Shown here piece by piece: positions 15,201-41,955 of a stretch of 64,000 nucleotides of DNA. Under the pieces are notes generated by a model. It made no database searches. It had not been told where the DNA came from and worked only from the letters and a program-made list of their open reading frames with translations. The DNA is from Amoebidium appalachense (taxonomy: Eukaryota > Protista > Ichthyosporea): assembly GCA_963693365.1 (NCBI GenBank), contig CAVNZM010000006.1, positions 5,869,264 to 5,933,263 of the forward strand, read 5' to 3'. The translations under genes and the position numbers were made by a program. Numbering within the stretch: position 1 is the first letter of the stretch; each line of letters begins with the position of its first letter.

Positions 15201-16720
15201 GACAGCACCGACAGGAGCCGCCAAACCAGCAGCAGCAGCCTCAGGCGGCAGCCCCAGCAGGCAGCCCACACCGGCAGCCTCAGCAGGGGCCACCCAGCCT
15301 GCAGGCCCTGCCAGGGCCACCTGGCCGGCAACAACCGACCACACCCACACTGCAGCAGCTGCCTGCAGAAGCGGAGGGTAACCCCGGCCGGCAGGCCCAG
15401 CACGGGTCACCCAGCCGACAGCACCAGCAGGAGGCACCCAGCTGGCAGCAGCAGATTCAGGCTGTAGTCCCAACAAGCAGCCCACAACGGCAGCCACAGC
15501 AGGGGCCACCCAGCCTGCAGGCCCTGCCAGGGCCACCCAACCAGCAACAACCGACCACACCCACACCGCAGCAGCCGCCTGCAGCAGCGACGGGCAGCTC
15601 CGGCCGGCAGGCCCAGCACGGGCCACCCAGCCGACAGCACCAACAGGAGCCACCCAGTCAGCAGCAGCAGCCTCAGGCTGCAGCCTCAGCGGGCAGCCCA
15701 CACCGGCAGCCACAGCAAGGGCCACCCAGCCTGCAGGCCCTGCCAGGGTCACCCAGCCAGCAGCAAACGACCACACCCACACTGCAGTGGCTGCCTGCAG
15801 CAGCAGATTGCAGCCCCGGCCGGCCGGCCCAGCGCGGGCCACCCAGCCGACGGCACAAACAGGAGCCACCAAGCGAGCAGCAGCAGCCACAGGCTGCAGC
15901 CCCAGCAGGCAGCCCACACCGGCAGTCACAGCAGGGGCCACCCAGCCTGCAGGCCCCGCCAAGGCCACCCAGCCAGCAGCAACCGACCACACCCCCACTG
16001 CACCAGCTGCCGCATGATCGCAGCCCCGGCCGGCCGGCCCAGCACGGGCCACCCAGCCGACAGCACGAACAGGAGCCTCCAAGCCAGCAGCAGCAGCCTC
16101 AGGCTGCAGCCCCAGCAGGCAGCCCACACCGGCAGCCACAGCAGGGGCCACCCAGCCAGCAGCAACCGACCCCACCCACACTGCAGCAGCTGCCTGCAGC
16201 AGCAGTGTGCAGCCCCGGCCGGCCGGCCCAGCACGGCCCCCCCAGCCGACAGTACCAACAGGAGCCACCAAGCCAGCAGCAGCAGCCTCAGGCTGCAGCC
16301 CTAGCAGGCAGCCCACACCGGCAGCCACAGCAGGGGCCGCCCAGCCTGCAGGCCCTGCATGGGCTACCCGGCCAGCAGCAACAAATCACACCCACACTGC
16401 AGCAGCTGCATGCAGCAGCAGATTGCAGCCCCGGCCGGCAGGCCCAGCACGGGCCACCCAGCCGACAGCACCAACAGGAGCAACCAAGCCAGCAGCAGCA
16501 GCCGCAGGCTGAAGCCCAAGCAGGCAGCCCACACCGGCAGCCAAAGCAGGGGCCACCCCGCCTGCAGACCCTGCCAGGGCCACCCACGGGCAACCAACAG
16601 CTACAGACCACACCCACGCAGCCGCAACGGCCCACAGCAGCAGAGTGCAACCCTGGCCAGCAGGCGCGGCACGGGTCACCCACCCTGCAGCAGCACCCCA
16701 CCCCCCCAGCAGCCCACCTG
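12260..16720 (+). repeat. Coding tandem array of about 20 x 216-bp (72-aa) Gln/Pro/Ala-rich units inside LINE ORF2
   Basis: Unit is approximately HGPPSRQHQQEPPSQQQQPQAAAPAGSPHRQPQQGPPSLQALPGPPSQQQPTTPTLQQLPAAADCSPGRPAQ. A single frame (11858-16924) is open throughout. Higher-order ~852-bp duplication (13921 vs 14773). Confidence 0.95.
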
Positions 16721-19700
16721 TCTCAGACAGGGAGGCAGTGGGAGGAGTGGGAGGCAACCATGCGGGAGCAACTACAACTATACAGGTCCCAACTCCGAAG
16801 GAAACGGCAAAAACTCCTTTGGTTACGGGCAACAGCAGCAGCAGAAGCACGGTGCAAGCGTATGGTGGACGAACTCCGGCGAGCACTAAGCAGCATTTTA
16901 GACCGGGGGAGTGTGAACGTCTAGGCTGCGTTAGTCAAGCACGTCACCCCAACGGGCACTGAGTACCTCACGGAGTGGGCTGACACGGAGCCCGTCATTC
17001 GTGAAACTTATCACCGGTGGACGGCCCGCAGGAACCCACACATCGAGGAGATGCTCGCCGACCCAATGTGGGCCGACATCTATCGACCGATCCCCCCCGA
17101 AGACTCCCCATTAGGGTCTATAATGCACCCGGCCACCCACGACGAGCTCCAACAGATCGTCCAAAGCCGACAGGGGGGGAAGGCCCCCGGCCCAACGGAA
17201 ATCCAGTACGAATACTTCCAACACCTGGGGCCAAAGGGGCTAGCATGGCTCCTACATATCATCAACGGATGTCTGGCCACGGGGACCACACCGAGGTCAT
17301 GGCTGCACCACACCATCCATCCCCTACCGAAAGGGGAATGGGAAGGTGACTTCGACAAAACCCGACCGATAGCACTCTTGGAAACGGCACGGAAGCTGCT
17401 AGAATCGGTCATCAACCAGCGCCTACTCTCGATCTTCCGGCAGTACCCCACCCTCCTCCCGGGGGGGAATTTTGGGTTCGTGCCGGGCCCGGGTATCGAC
17501 GGGGCGCTGGCTATCATCCGAGAGACGATAGAGGATGCCATAGACCACGACCAGGAACTATGGATCGTCCAACAGGACATTAAGAGGGCATATGACACGG
17601 TGTCTTGGCCCTCGGTGGAACTGGGGCTCACCCGCCTGGGCACAGACCCCCAGCTAATCACCCTCCTCCGGCACATGTGGCACAGTCGTACGGCCACGGT
17701 GTGCACAGACCAGGGGCACACTGAGTCTTTCCCTGTTGAAAACGGCCTGGCCCAAGGGGCTGTCCTCTCCCCCATTCTGTGGATTATATTCTACGATCCA
17801 GTTTTAACAGCCATCAAAAGGCACGGCAAGGGGTACACTTTCCACCTACCCCCACAGACACAGCACCACACACCGGCACAAACACCCCCGTGTGTGACGT
17901 CTGTAGCTTTCGCCGACGACACAACATGGTTTGGCCCCAACAAGGAGAGCATCCAGCAAACTCTCGATTTATCTGCCCCCTTTTTTTATTACCATGACTT
18001 GGAACCACACCCAGACAAGTTTTCAGTCCTCGCCCGTGGTACCCCAACACGGGCAACAGTGGCCCCCATGCAGTACCGCAAATCCCCGGGAGCACCACCC
18101 CTACCCATTCAGATCGAGCTCCCCGATGCAAACATCAGAGTGCTAGGGGTCAACATCACCCTCCAACGACACACCCGGCCCAACGATGGGAAGGCCATGC
18201 AGCTGACATTACGGGCCACCACCATACTAGCCCGTAAAATGCTGGCACCCAGCCAAGTGATCTACGTAGCCAACAGTGTGGTGGCCCCGGCCATCCTCTT
18301 CCTCCTCAAAGGGTCAGTCATCAGCAACACCACCATGCAGGCAATCGACAGCAAGTGGAGAGACCTACTCCGTCGGAAGTGTGGTTTCCACCGGAGCACC
18401 CCGTCCGGGCTGCTACACCATCCCACTCTAGGGGGACTGGCCAGCATCGTCGAATCAGCAGCCAGCACCATGGTTACGGAGCTGTGTGCCCTGCTGGAAA
18501 CACCAGGACCAGCAGGGGACGTGGTCCGGTACCGAGCCTGGCAGCAGCAACACGCGACAGGCCTACCCTACCCACCCCTGCAAGCACCCCCAGCCAAACT
18601 TTACAGGCTAGGGGGAAAGCAGCTCCACAACTATTGGGCCCATATCACGGGGATCCTTCACGAGCGGCACCTGAGTCTTGGGGAAACCCCTCCCCAAAAA
18701 ACACAAGCACCCCCACCCCACCCCCCCCCTCCCCCCAAGGAGAAGGAGGGGAAGCAGCAACAACAACCAGCACCCCTATCAACACCGTTTTCCCGGACCA
18801 CACCTTTGCGGCCCACATCGGCCCCCACACACACCCCCGTCAACTCTACACGGTGGAGGACACCATGGTACGGCCGGGGGTGTTCCGGGCGTTCCCCGAA
18901 CTGCCCCACCCCCCAGACCTACTACACCCGGGAGCTACACAGTGGTACAGGTCCATCATCAAGGGGGCCATCCCCATCGCAGACAAACTACGGCCAGCAC
19001 CCAGACCACACACCCACCACACCATTGACCTCGTGCCAAACCACCCCGTCGGTGCATTCGTGGTGGAAATAGTCAAGAACGGGCAATACGAACTCAGCCA
19101 GGTGGTGGCCCACACCACCCACAACGGGGAGGCTTGGGTCAAAATAGCCCATCTACGGGACAACACAGAGGAGGAGGGGCTGAGATGGCACCGACCCACG
19201 TGGAACGACCCACATGGAACAGCCCATTTCCGCTTTTGCCCTGGTGACTGCAAATACGGCCACTCCCCATGGAACCTAGCCTACACCCCGGCCACCCTCT
19301 CCCCCAACCCCGGGTACGCAGACGGAGAGGGGGAAGGGTTAGACACGGAGCCAGAATCGGAGTCGACGGGGCCCAGCGACGACTCCGACGACTCAGAGGA
19401 CTCTAACACCGACAGCACCAACAGCAAATACGAGCCCCCTGAGCCCCCAGCCGATAATCACACCCACAACAAGCAGTGTGTGGGGTGGACCCGTGCTGTG
19501 GAGGTGATACGGGCAGACCCCTACGTGGCCTTCAAGACCCGAATCACCACCCACATGGTAGTCCCGAAGTACCACAAGGACTTCATCAACACCGACAGTA
19601 TCGACATCTACCAAGTCATCGCACTGAAGGATGGCTCCGATCCGGCCGAGCAGTGGAGGAAGATACACCATTTCCGGCGGCATCTTCCCCCCCACCAACA

Positions 19701-20846
19701 GGCATCACCCCAGATGCTCCACCTGCAAGCCAACGAGGAAGCCACACCCTTACCGGGGGACCTCCCCGGCCCACCCCCCCCCCAGCAGCCACCACCGGTA
19801 GGGTCACCACCAGGACACAAGTGCACGGCCCACCCGGCTGACCTGCCGAGCCCACCCACTCCCCGTAGGCTCACCTACACCGACTTGGTGCCCCAGGCCA
19901 CCTATGACGAGTGGCAGCAGCAAATCACCCTGATCCCCCCAGACCAACCGATCACCGTTTATACGGACGGCAGCCTCATCCACCCGGGCAGGAGGATAGC
20001 CCAGGCCGGAGCCGGGGCGGCACTGGATACCCCGGACCGGAAAGCACCTCCAGTGACGGCCAAGACCAGGCTCCATACGGCCCTATCATCCACCCAAGCC
20101 GAACTCACAGGGGTACTACTAGCCCTCCTGCTCACCCCCACCACCACCCCCATCCACATCAAGCTCGATAACCTCGGAGTAGTCGACCGATGGACGGCAA
20201 ATATAGACCCCACCACACCCCCTCGACGCAAGCTAAAGTTCCCCCACATAGTGGAATGGGCTCACGTACGAGACCAACTCTCTCTCCGGCAACCAGGCTC
20301 TGTACAGGTATCGTGGGTGAAGGGGCACCAATCCAACACCAAACGGTACGGTCAACGGAATAACGAGGCAGACAAGGCAGCCAATGCAGGAAGAGTCCTC
20401 CCCCCTCCCCCCCCCCCCTACCTCCGGCCCCGGGGGGGGGGAAATACTTCCTACGACTACAAGGCCACCGTATCCCCGGCAACATTCCCGGTACACTGAA
20501 CCGGTTGAACAAGGACTTCCTCACCGACATGGCCGGCAAGACCAAGGCTATGTCCATACTAGCCGACCCCAGACTGCTCCCAGCCGAACGGAACCCCCTC
20601 AAGCTCAACAAGGGGCCCACACAGGCAACCATCGGGGCAGTCAGAGGAAACACTCGTAGCCTGTCCCTGGCCATGGGCACCCTGCCTACCATGGCACGGC
20701 TACACCGAGATCACCCCACCGTCGTTACACAGCCCACATGCCCCCGGTGCAGCCAGCACCCTGAGACCACCACCCACCTCTGGGCCTGCCCGGCCCATGC
20801 CGGGGAAGTCCCCACCCTGACCACCGCCATCACAGCCTGCATCCAC

Positions 20847-21611
20847 TGTTGGACATTGTGTTCATAGAAGCTAGTTCTAGTGCACGTTGTTCCTTCTGTA
20901 AGTCAGAAATGATTGCATCTTGTGAGGCCAACCTCTGCTCCAGTAGTTGGACTAGTTGCTGCAACTGTAAGTTGTCAGACATAGTGTAGTGTATGATGGG
21001 TAACTAGTCTATGTGTTTTGTGCACTGGAAACGACAGTAGAAAAGTGTAAATCAAACGTTCTGCTTCCCATGTTTGTGACATGGGAGGCACTGCTTTATA
21101 TAGTCGTTGGCCACCTCATGGTGGCCTCGTGTGCACCCTGGTGGTGGGCCATGTACAGCATGGCCGAAAAGAGAGCACAATGAAAACAAGTCGTTAAAGA
21201 TATAAAAGTTAACTGTGCACGTTGAGTGGCTAGTTAACTTGCACTAAAGCACACAAATAAACGTGTTTAACACACCAATTGCAGTTAAACGTAAATCTTG
21301 CTTCACACAACTAAAAATATTCTGAGAATATCCGGGAATAAAGCACACTACCACTCTAAGAATAGAATCCTGTGGCAAATATAGACATGACATCATCTGA
21401 ACCGGGAATATTAATTAATGAGCACAATTAGCACGTTGCTAGTGAAGCTCGTCATTGGTACAGTTTTGGCTCAAACATATAACTACCATATATGAATATG
21501 ACCGTAAACAAAAGCTCTATGCACTCGAGTGAGTGTTGAAACAGTTATTCAATTGCTCAGAAACTTTCTCTAACAGACATTGCTAGCCGGGAGTACCAGT
21601 GTACTCCAACA
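20847..21611 (-). mobile_element. Solo LTR (765 bp, copia-like termini) nested in LINE ORF2
   Basis: Termini TGTTGG...CCAACA and 5-bp TSD TCCAC (20842-20846, 21612-21616). AT-richer than the host LINE. Removal restores the frame TAITACIH|NVLHTRHP. TATATAAAG on the minus strand (~21094-21102) suggests the orientation. Confidence 0.9.
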
Positions 21612-22438
21612 TCCACAACGTCCTGCACACTCGTCATCCAAACACCCCCACGGCACAGCACCACCATACGGCAGCCACGGTGGTAGACCAATGTGCATGG
21701 ATAAACTGGATAGGAGGCAACGGTGACCCACCTGACCCCGAAGACACCAAGTGGGTCGAACGGGATTCTGCCCACGATCGGCGGGCCCACTACTTGCAGC
21801 CACCGGCACCACCAAGACCACCACCCGGGCCATCTTAGGAAAAATCACAGTAGAGTTGCAATCCTTTTTCTTTGCAAAAATTTGGCACCCACGGAACACA
21901 ACACTCCCCCCCACCCACCCTAAAATGCAAAAACACCACCATATACCCACCACCCGTAGAAAGAAAAGTATGGCTCTCCAAAAACCCAAAAAACCAACAA
22001 ATACACCCCCCACACACACCCGGCCGGCCTGTTCTGAATGCCGGAACACCCACAGACCCGGTGTGCCCTGTAAAACCCACCTTTTAGTCCACAAAAACAT
22101 CGCCACAACATACGTACACCAACACATAATGTTAGGCAGCAACCCCCCACCACCACCACCACCACACCCCATCATCCACCCATACCCACCGTAAATATTA
22201 TACACAACACCTAGGACTTCCCAATACTGTAGATCGACCAATGAGAGCCCTCGGTTAACGTTTATTGCTAGGTTTTTGAATGGAGGGGAGGACTGGAGCC
22301 TCCTGCCGGCGTGGCTGGGGTAGTAGCCCTGGGCAAAGTGTGTACTTATAGTTAGGTTGTGAAGGATGGTTTAGCTTAGCTGAACTCATAGATAGCACCT
22401 TAACTAGTGTACTGTCGGTGCTGTGTGGTAGACGGTAG

Positions 22439-22471
22439 TTTCCCTAGAGGGCCTGAAAAGGCCTCCGGGAA
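22439..22471 (+). other. 3'-terminal GNRA-capped stem-loop of the LINE
   Basis: TTCCC..GAG.GCCT-GAAA-AGGC-CTC.GGGAA lies immediately before the poly-A tail. Confidence 0.55.
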
Positions 22472-22692
22472 CAAAACGTGATAAAAAAAAAAAAAAAAAA
22501 AAAAAAAAATGTATCGTGGTGTGTTTATGTGTATCGTAGGCACACGTGTGTGTGTGTCAGGTTTTGCGTGTAGTGTGTGTGTGTGGTGTATTGATCAGTA
22601 TGTGTGTGTGTGTATGTATGTGTGTGTGTGTGTGTTTGTGTGTGTGTGCGTGCACATAATAAATGTGTGTATGCGTTTGTATGCTTATTTGT

Positions 22693-22734
<42 letters not shown>

Positions 22735-24973
22735 GTGTGTGTATCACCGTGCTGGCGTGTGCGTGTGTGCGTCTGTGTGCATCTCTCTGCGCGTGCGTGC
22801 GACGTTGCGCGCGCGCGTGTGTGTACACGTGTGTGCACACGTGTCATTGTGTGTGCGTGCGAACTTGCGTGCGTGCGTGCGTACATGCGTGTGTGTTTGT
22901 GTGTGTGTGTGTGGGTTTGTGTGTTTATGTGTGCGTGTGTGTGTCCTACTTGTGCGTGCATTTGTTTATGCTGCATGTGCATGCGTGTGTGCGCCCATGA
23001 CGCACACACGCACAAGCAGCTGAAGCATATGCCCCTACAAAGTACTACTAGCTAGAGTGTGGCTCAAGTTGACCCACTAAATAGCCTATTTTGCTATGAA
23101 ATGATGTGGATGTGGTTAGAACCATGAACGAATTGCTTCTTAGAATTATAATATATATAGGGCCTGAATTGCCCAGGCTTACATCCAAGTCTGCCGTATC
23201 CGAGCATAAAACACGCTCTGCCTTAACACATGTGTGCATATGCATGTGAATAGTCAGGGATGTGCATACATGTGAAGCTTACCAAGCCCAAAAACCGGAT
23301 CAGTTCCAATTCGTTGTTTAGGCTACAAAAGGTCATTATGAAAGCAACCAACTGGCAGCGAAAACGCAACAAACAAGAGCTGTTACAGATGCGGGAAGTT
23401 GCAACTTTGAAGTAAGTTCCGGTCACATGACCCGGCCGCGGGGCCGCCGGCGCCGGGTTTGTTTACGTTCAACGGCGCGTCATGATTGGCTTACCTAAAA
23501 GTATATTCGCTGCCTTGAACCAATGAGAATGGATAATTGAAGACTAGTCACTCTGAGGTGCTGTCTCCCTGCGGCCTCTCTTCTTCTTCTTCTTTTTTTT
23601 TTTTTTTTTTTTTTTTTTAAGTTGCCGCAGGCGACAGTCACTAGACAATGTTTGATCATGACGTCATGGCATTTATTTATTTACTTTTGGTTGGCTTAAA
23701 TATACGCAAACCTGTTAAATTAAGTAAACAAATCGTAAACAATAACATGATAAACTGTCCAGATATTTTAACATGCCAATCAACATGCTAGTTATAAAAT
23801 TTGAAAATTGTTAAAGCTATTGGATTGATGAATATAAACTATATAACAGATCAAGGACCACCGAGCGATTTGATTCGTGAATACAGCTTCATAAACCCGG
23901 CGGGAGACGTCCCGCAGCGTAGTAGGGCCACCACTTACGTAAGCCAGCGGATACAAAGCCTTGGCTAGTTGAAGACCGTTTTATTGCTTTATCAGTCGTA
24001 CACCAAATTCCTAACAAACCCGTCATTTTCTTTCGTAGAAAATATTGAAAGTAGTATTGGCATAGACTATTTTCTTCATTTTTTGCACAACAGAGTCTGA
24101 AATAAACGAAAACCGAACTCTAAACAGATACTTTCTGGGAAAATGCTCTGAGGATGAATGGTTGAGGCAGGAGCACGAATTGCTTCGCTTCAAGTATTGC
24201 CACATCTGATTGGGTAATGCTAATGTTTCAGAAATAGATGACTCTTCCTAAACTCTGTACTTAAATATATTGACATTTCCGGACCGAAAGCCATTAAACG
24301 TTTCTTGTTTCTGAGGTTGCTAAAAACATGAAAGAGCCCAAAAAGGGCTACAAGTTTTATATATCTTGTTAGAATAATTTTATATAACTCAGTTATAGCA
24401 GTTGCAGATATGATTTATGTTACTTTAGTTAAAGTGCACGTTTTTGTTAGAGCTCGTAAATTTCTAATAAACCTTTTGAGATCACGAAAGACCGTCGAAA
24501 TAAAAGTTTGTTGGGAACCGCTCAGTGCTACGGTGTTTCACGGTTTCAACGGTACACAAGGTTTGGTGCACAAAGTAACACCCGCACACACACGCGGGTT
24601 TGATTTTAAGCATACTGTGAGTACGCTCGTGTGCGTTGTTTTCGTAGTGTCTTCATAGTGTGCTGTTTCAAAGCATTTGTATCTTTGTGACTTCTGCTTT
24701 TATTCTAGTGCAAAACAAAGGAGGACAAGGAGGTTTAGAGCAAAACATAGCACCCTTCTCTCAGGTGTTGCATGCAACCTCTGCTTGTTTCACATGGTGC
24801 ACTATAGGGTTGGTGATTTAAACGCTAAAACGTCCAAAAGTTGTAGAGACCATAACCTCTGATAGCTCTGGGTTGGTTAAGACTGGAAAACACGATTGCA
24901 CAAGCAATTGGAACTCATTTTTGGCAACACCGAAAGAATCCTTGCTTGGGAGTGACGGAGAACACACGAGAGA

Positions 24974-39777
<14,804 letters not shown>

Positions 39778-40005
39778 CATCCATGGATCGGTCTAATCTC
39801 GCATTCCTGGGCAAGCCGGAAAATGCCGGAAACGCGTAGCATTGTGACACCGACTTCGGTGTTTCTGTTAAAGATGTTGTGTTTTTGTATTTATTGTCTA
39901 CGAACTAAATAGCGTGCGTGTATGTGTGTGTGTGTGTGTGTGTGCGCGCGCGCGCGCGCGCGTGTGCATGTGTGTGTGTGCGTGTGTGTGTTCACGTATG
40001 TGCTT

Positions 40006-40036
<31 letters not shown>

Positions 40037-40696
40037 GGGGGGCTGAATGAATCAAACTGATGGATACACGAAGCACCCTTACAAGCACACTGTACGTTTA
40101 AACGGATACACATGGCTCTAATATAGAAACATATCCTAATTTGGGAACACTCTTTAATTAGGGAACACACCTTTTGGGGGGCTCTTTGCACTAACGCCTC
40201 CATTTTTTTCCCTTCTTCTTAGGGTTCGTTTAGTTCCCTTAGCTTCATAGCTTCATAGAACGGGGTGTTTTGCCTTTCTCCATTGTGAATTTTCAGTTTC
40301 CAGGCGAGGCAGAGGGGCTCGAAAGGTAGCACCAATATTCTGAAATGACACTGCTTTATGTTCCCCGATCTTGCGATTTTGTTGCCAATGGATGAATTTG
40401 CAATGAATGCATGTCTTTCGAAAATTTTGCAGCAATGTGTCCTAAAATCATAATTCGTCACCTTTTTCTTGTCCTAATCTCTTAGAATCTCTCTGATCTG
40501 CCAGGGTTTTTTTGTCTCCTGCGCATACCGAATTTTAGGAATCGGTTATGGTGTTTTCTAAGGCCTAAAGCCTTAGAAAGGAGTGGATTGGTGTATATAG
40601 GTGTGTGCTCTGCACATGTACAGGCTTCATGGAGTAGACTTCTCTTTTTCATTTCTCTAGTAGCTTCTTCTTTTTTTTTTTTTTTTGTATGTTTGT

Positions 40697-40760
<64 letters not shown>

Positions 40761-41285
40761 ATGTGTGTTTTTCTGTGTGTTTTTCTGTGTGTGTGTGTGT
40801 GGTGGTGGTGGGGGGGGCGGGGGAGGAGGGGGTGGGGGGCGGGGGGTGGAGGAGGTGGAGGGGGGGGGGGGGGGGGGGGGGGGTGCATCTGACCTCTACT
40901 TTTGCTGATGTTCGCTTCAACCCAGGCCTGGCAGTGCCGGCATGTTTGCATGATTTTAAATTATTTTTGCATGATTTAATTTTAGGAGTATTTCTGTACA
41001 TACAAACGATGGTGTAAAAAAGACAAAAATGGTGTGATTGTATAGTTGCGACGAGTATTTCTGTATATTTTTGATTCAGGTCTTGCAATAAATTCGAGCC
41101 CTTTTGGTCTGACGTCTTGACAGATCATCAGCAGGGTTGTTGGATGTCATTTTGCTGATCGTTTTGTGGGCACACTTGCCCTTATACTGTACTGTCATTG
41201 TAGCGGCTGTGTATCATAATGGCACATGTGTTTTCTGTTTTCTGGGTAACTTGCTGGAAGACAGGAAATGGCGTCGGCCGGGGGA

Positions 41286-41346
<61 letters not shown>

Positions 41347-41373
41347 GGTACGAATGTATTTTATCATGTGTGT

Positions 41374-41411
<38 letters not shown>

Positions 41412-41473
41412 GGGGGGAAGGAATGGGGGAGGATGGTATATATATGCATGTGGTTGTGTCGGTGGATGTTAAC

Positions 41474-41533
<60 letters not shown>

Positions 41534-41552
41534 GTGTGTGTGTCAGACTTTA

Positions 41553-41955
41553 AGGGGTCACCCGCAACCGGTAAATATATACGAATATATATACGAATAT
41601 ATACGAATATATTTAAACATATATAAATATATATATGAATATATATATAAATATATATGAATATACATGAATATATACGAATATATGTACACGTGACCGA
41701 GAATGGCACAGCCTGTGCCACACACCGTCGTCACACACGTTCAATATCGGACCAATCAAACATCAGATACGTTATCATTCGCGCCGACTACTAACAATTT
41801 CTACGATGTACGAGATATATCAGGCTATATGCAGATATATGTAAATACATGAATATATATGAATATATGTAAATATATGTAAATATATGGTGTAAATAAA
41901 TGTATACGAATATATACGAATATATATATAAAAATGCAACTTGCGGGTGACCCCT
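41553..41955. mobile_element. MITE (403 bp) with 15-bp TIRs and 5-bp TSD
   Basis: AGGGGTCACCCGCAA (41553-41567) and TTGCGGGTGACCCCT (41941-41955), flanked by CTTTA on both sides (41548-41552, 41956-41960). AT-rich ATATATACGA-type subterminal repeats, non-coding. Confidence 0.85.

Larger units (their letters stand above)
10578..22194 (+). pseudogene. LINE ORF2 polyprotein (AP endonuclease, Gln/Pro array, RT, RNase H, Cys/His finger); disrupted in this copy or assembly
   Basis: EN motifs GTLNL, VILTET, TGVVIL, VAGDFN, DSYR, YTY...SRIDY, TDH (~10790-11680). RT motifs KAPGP, RPIALL, QDIKRAYDTV, GLAQGAVLSP, FADD, VLGV (17051-18200). RNase H motifs VYTDGS, AEL, LDN, WVKGH, NNEADKAA (~19950-20390). 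CPRC...ETTTHLWAC at ~20740-20790 and IWHPRN at ~21880. Lesions: frame changes near homopolymers (~12200, ~18710, ~20420) and at ~21750, an in-frame TAG at 16922-16924, and the solo LTR. Confidence 0.92.
7638..22508 (+). mobile_element. Full-length APE-type non-LTR retrotransposon (LINE) with RNase H
   Basis: 16-bp TSD ATGTATCGTGGTGTGT at 7622-7637 and 22509-22524. Poly-A tail at about 22483-22508. 5' end ACAGTC. Contains ORF1 and ORF2 (EN-RT-RNase H-Zn finger). Confidence 0.95.

Noticed and set aside
11645-16886. Long alternative-frame and antisense ORFs over the Gln/Pro array
   Set aside because: Shadows of a GC-rich, stop-poor repeat. Only the 11858 frame connects to the pre-RT linker.
20852-21580. 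Alternative LTR boundaries using GACAT as TSD
   Set aside because: Removal does not restore the LINE frame. TGTTGG...CCAACA with a TCCAC TSD does, and has perfect terminal inverted repeats.
22440-22482. Hammerhead ribozyme in the LINE 3' UTR
   Set aside because: CTGAAAA and CAAAAC do not match the CUGANGA/GAAA core with a valid stem II. A simple stem-loop explains the sequence.
40085-40580. Possible DNA-transposon remnant with repeated GGGAACAC/CCTAA motifs
   Set aside because: No matching TIR pair or TSD could be defined by eye.
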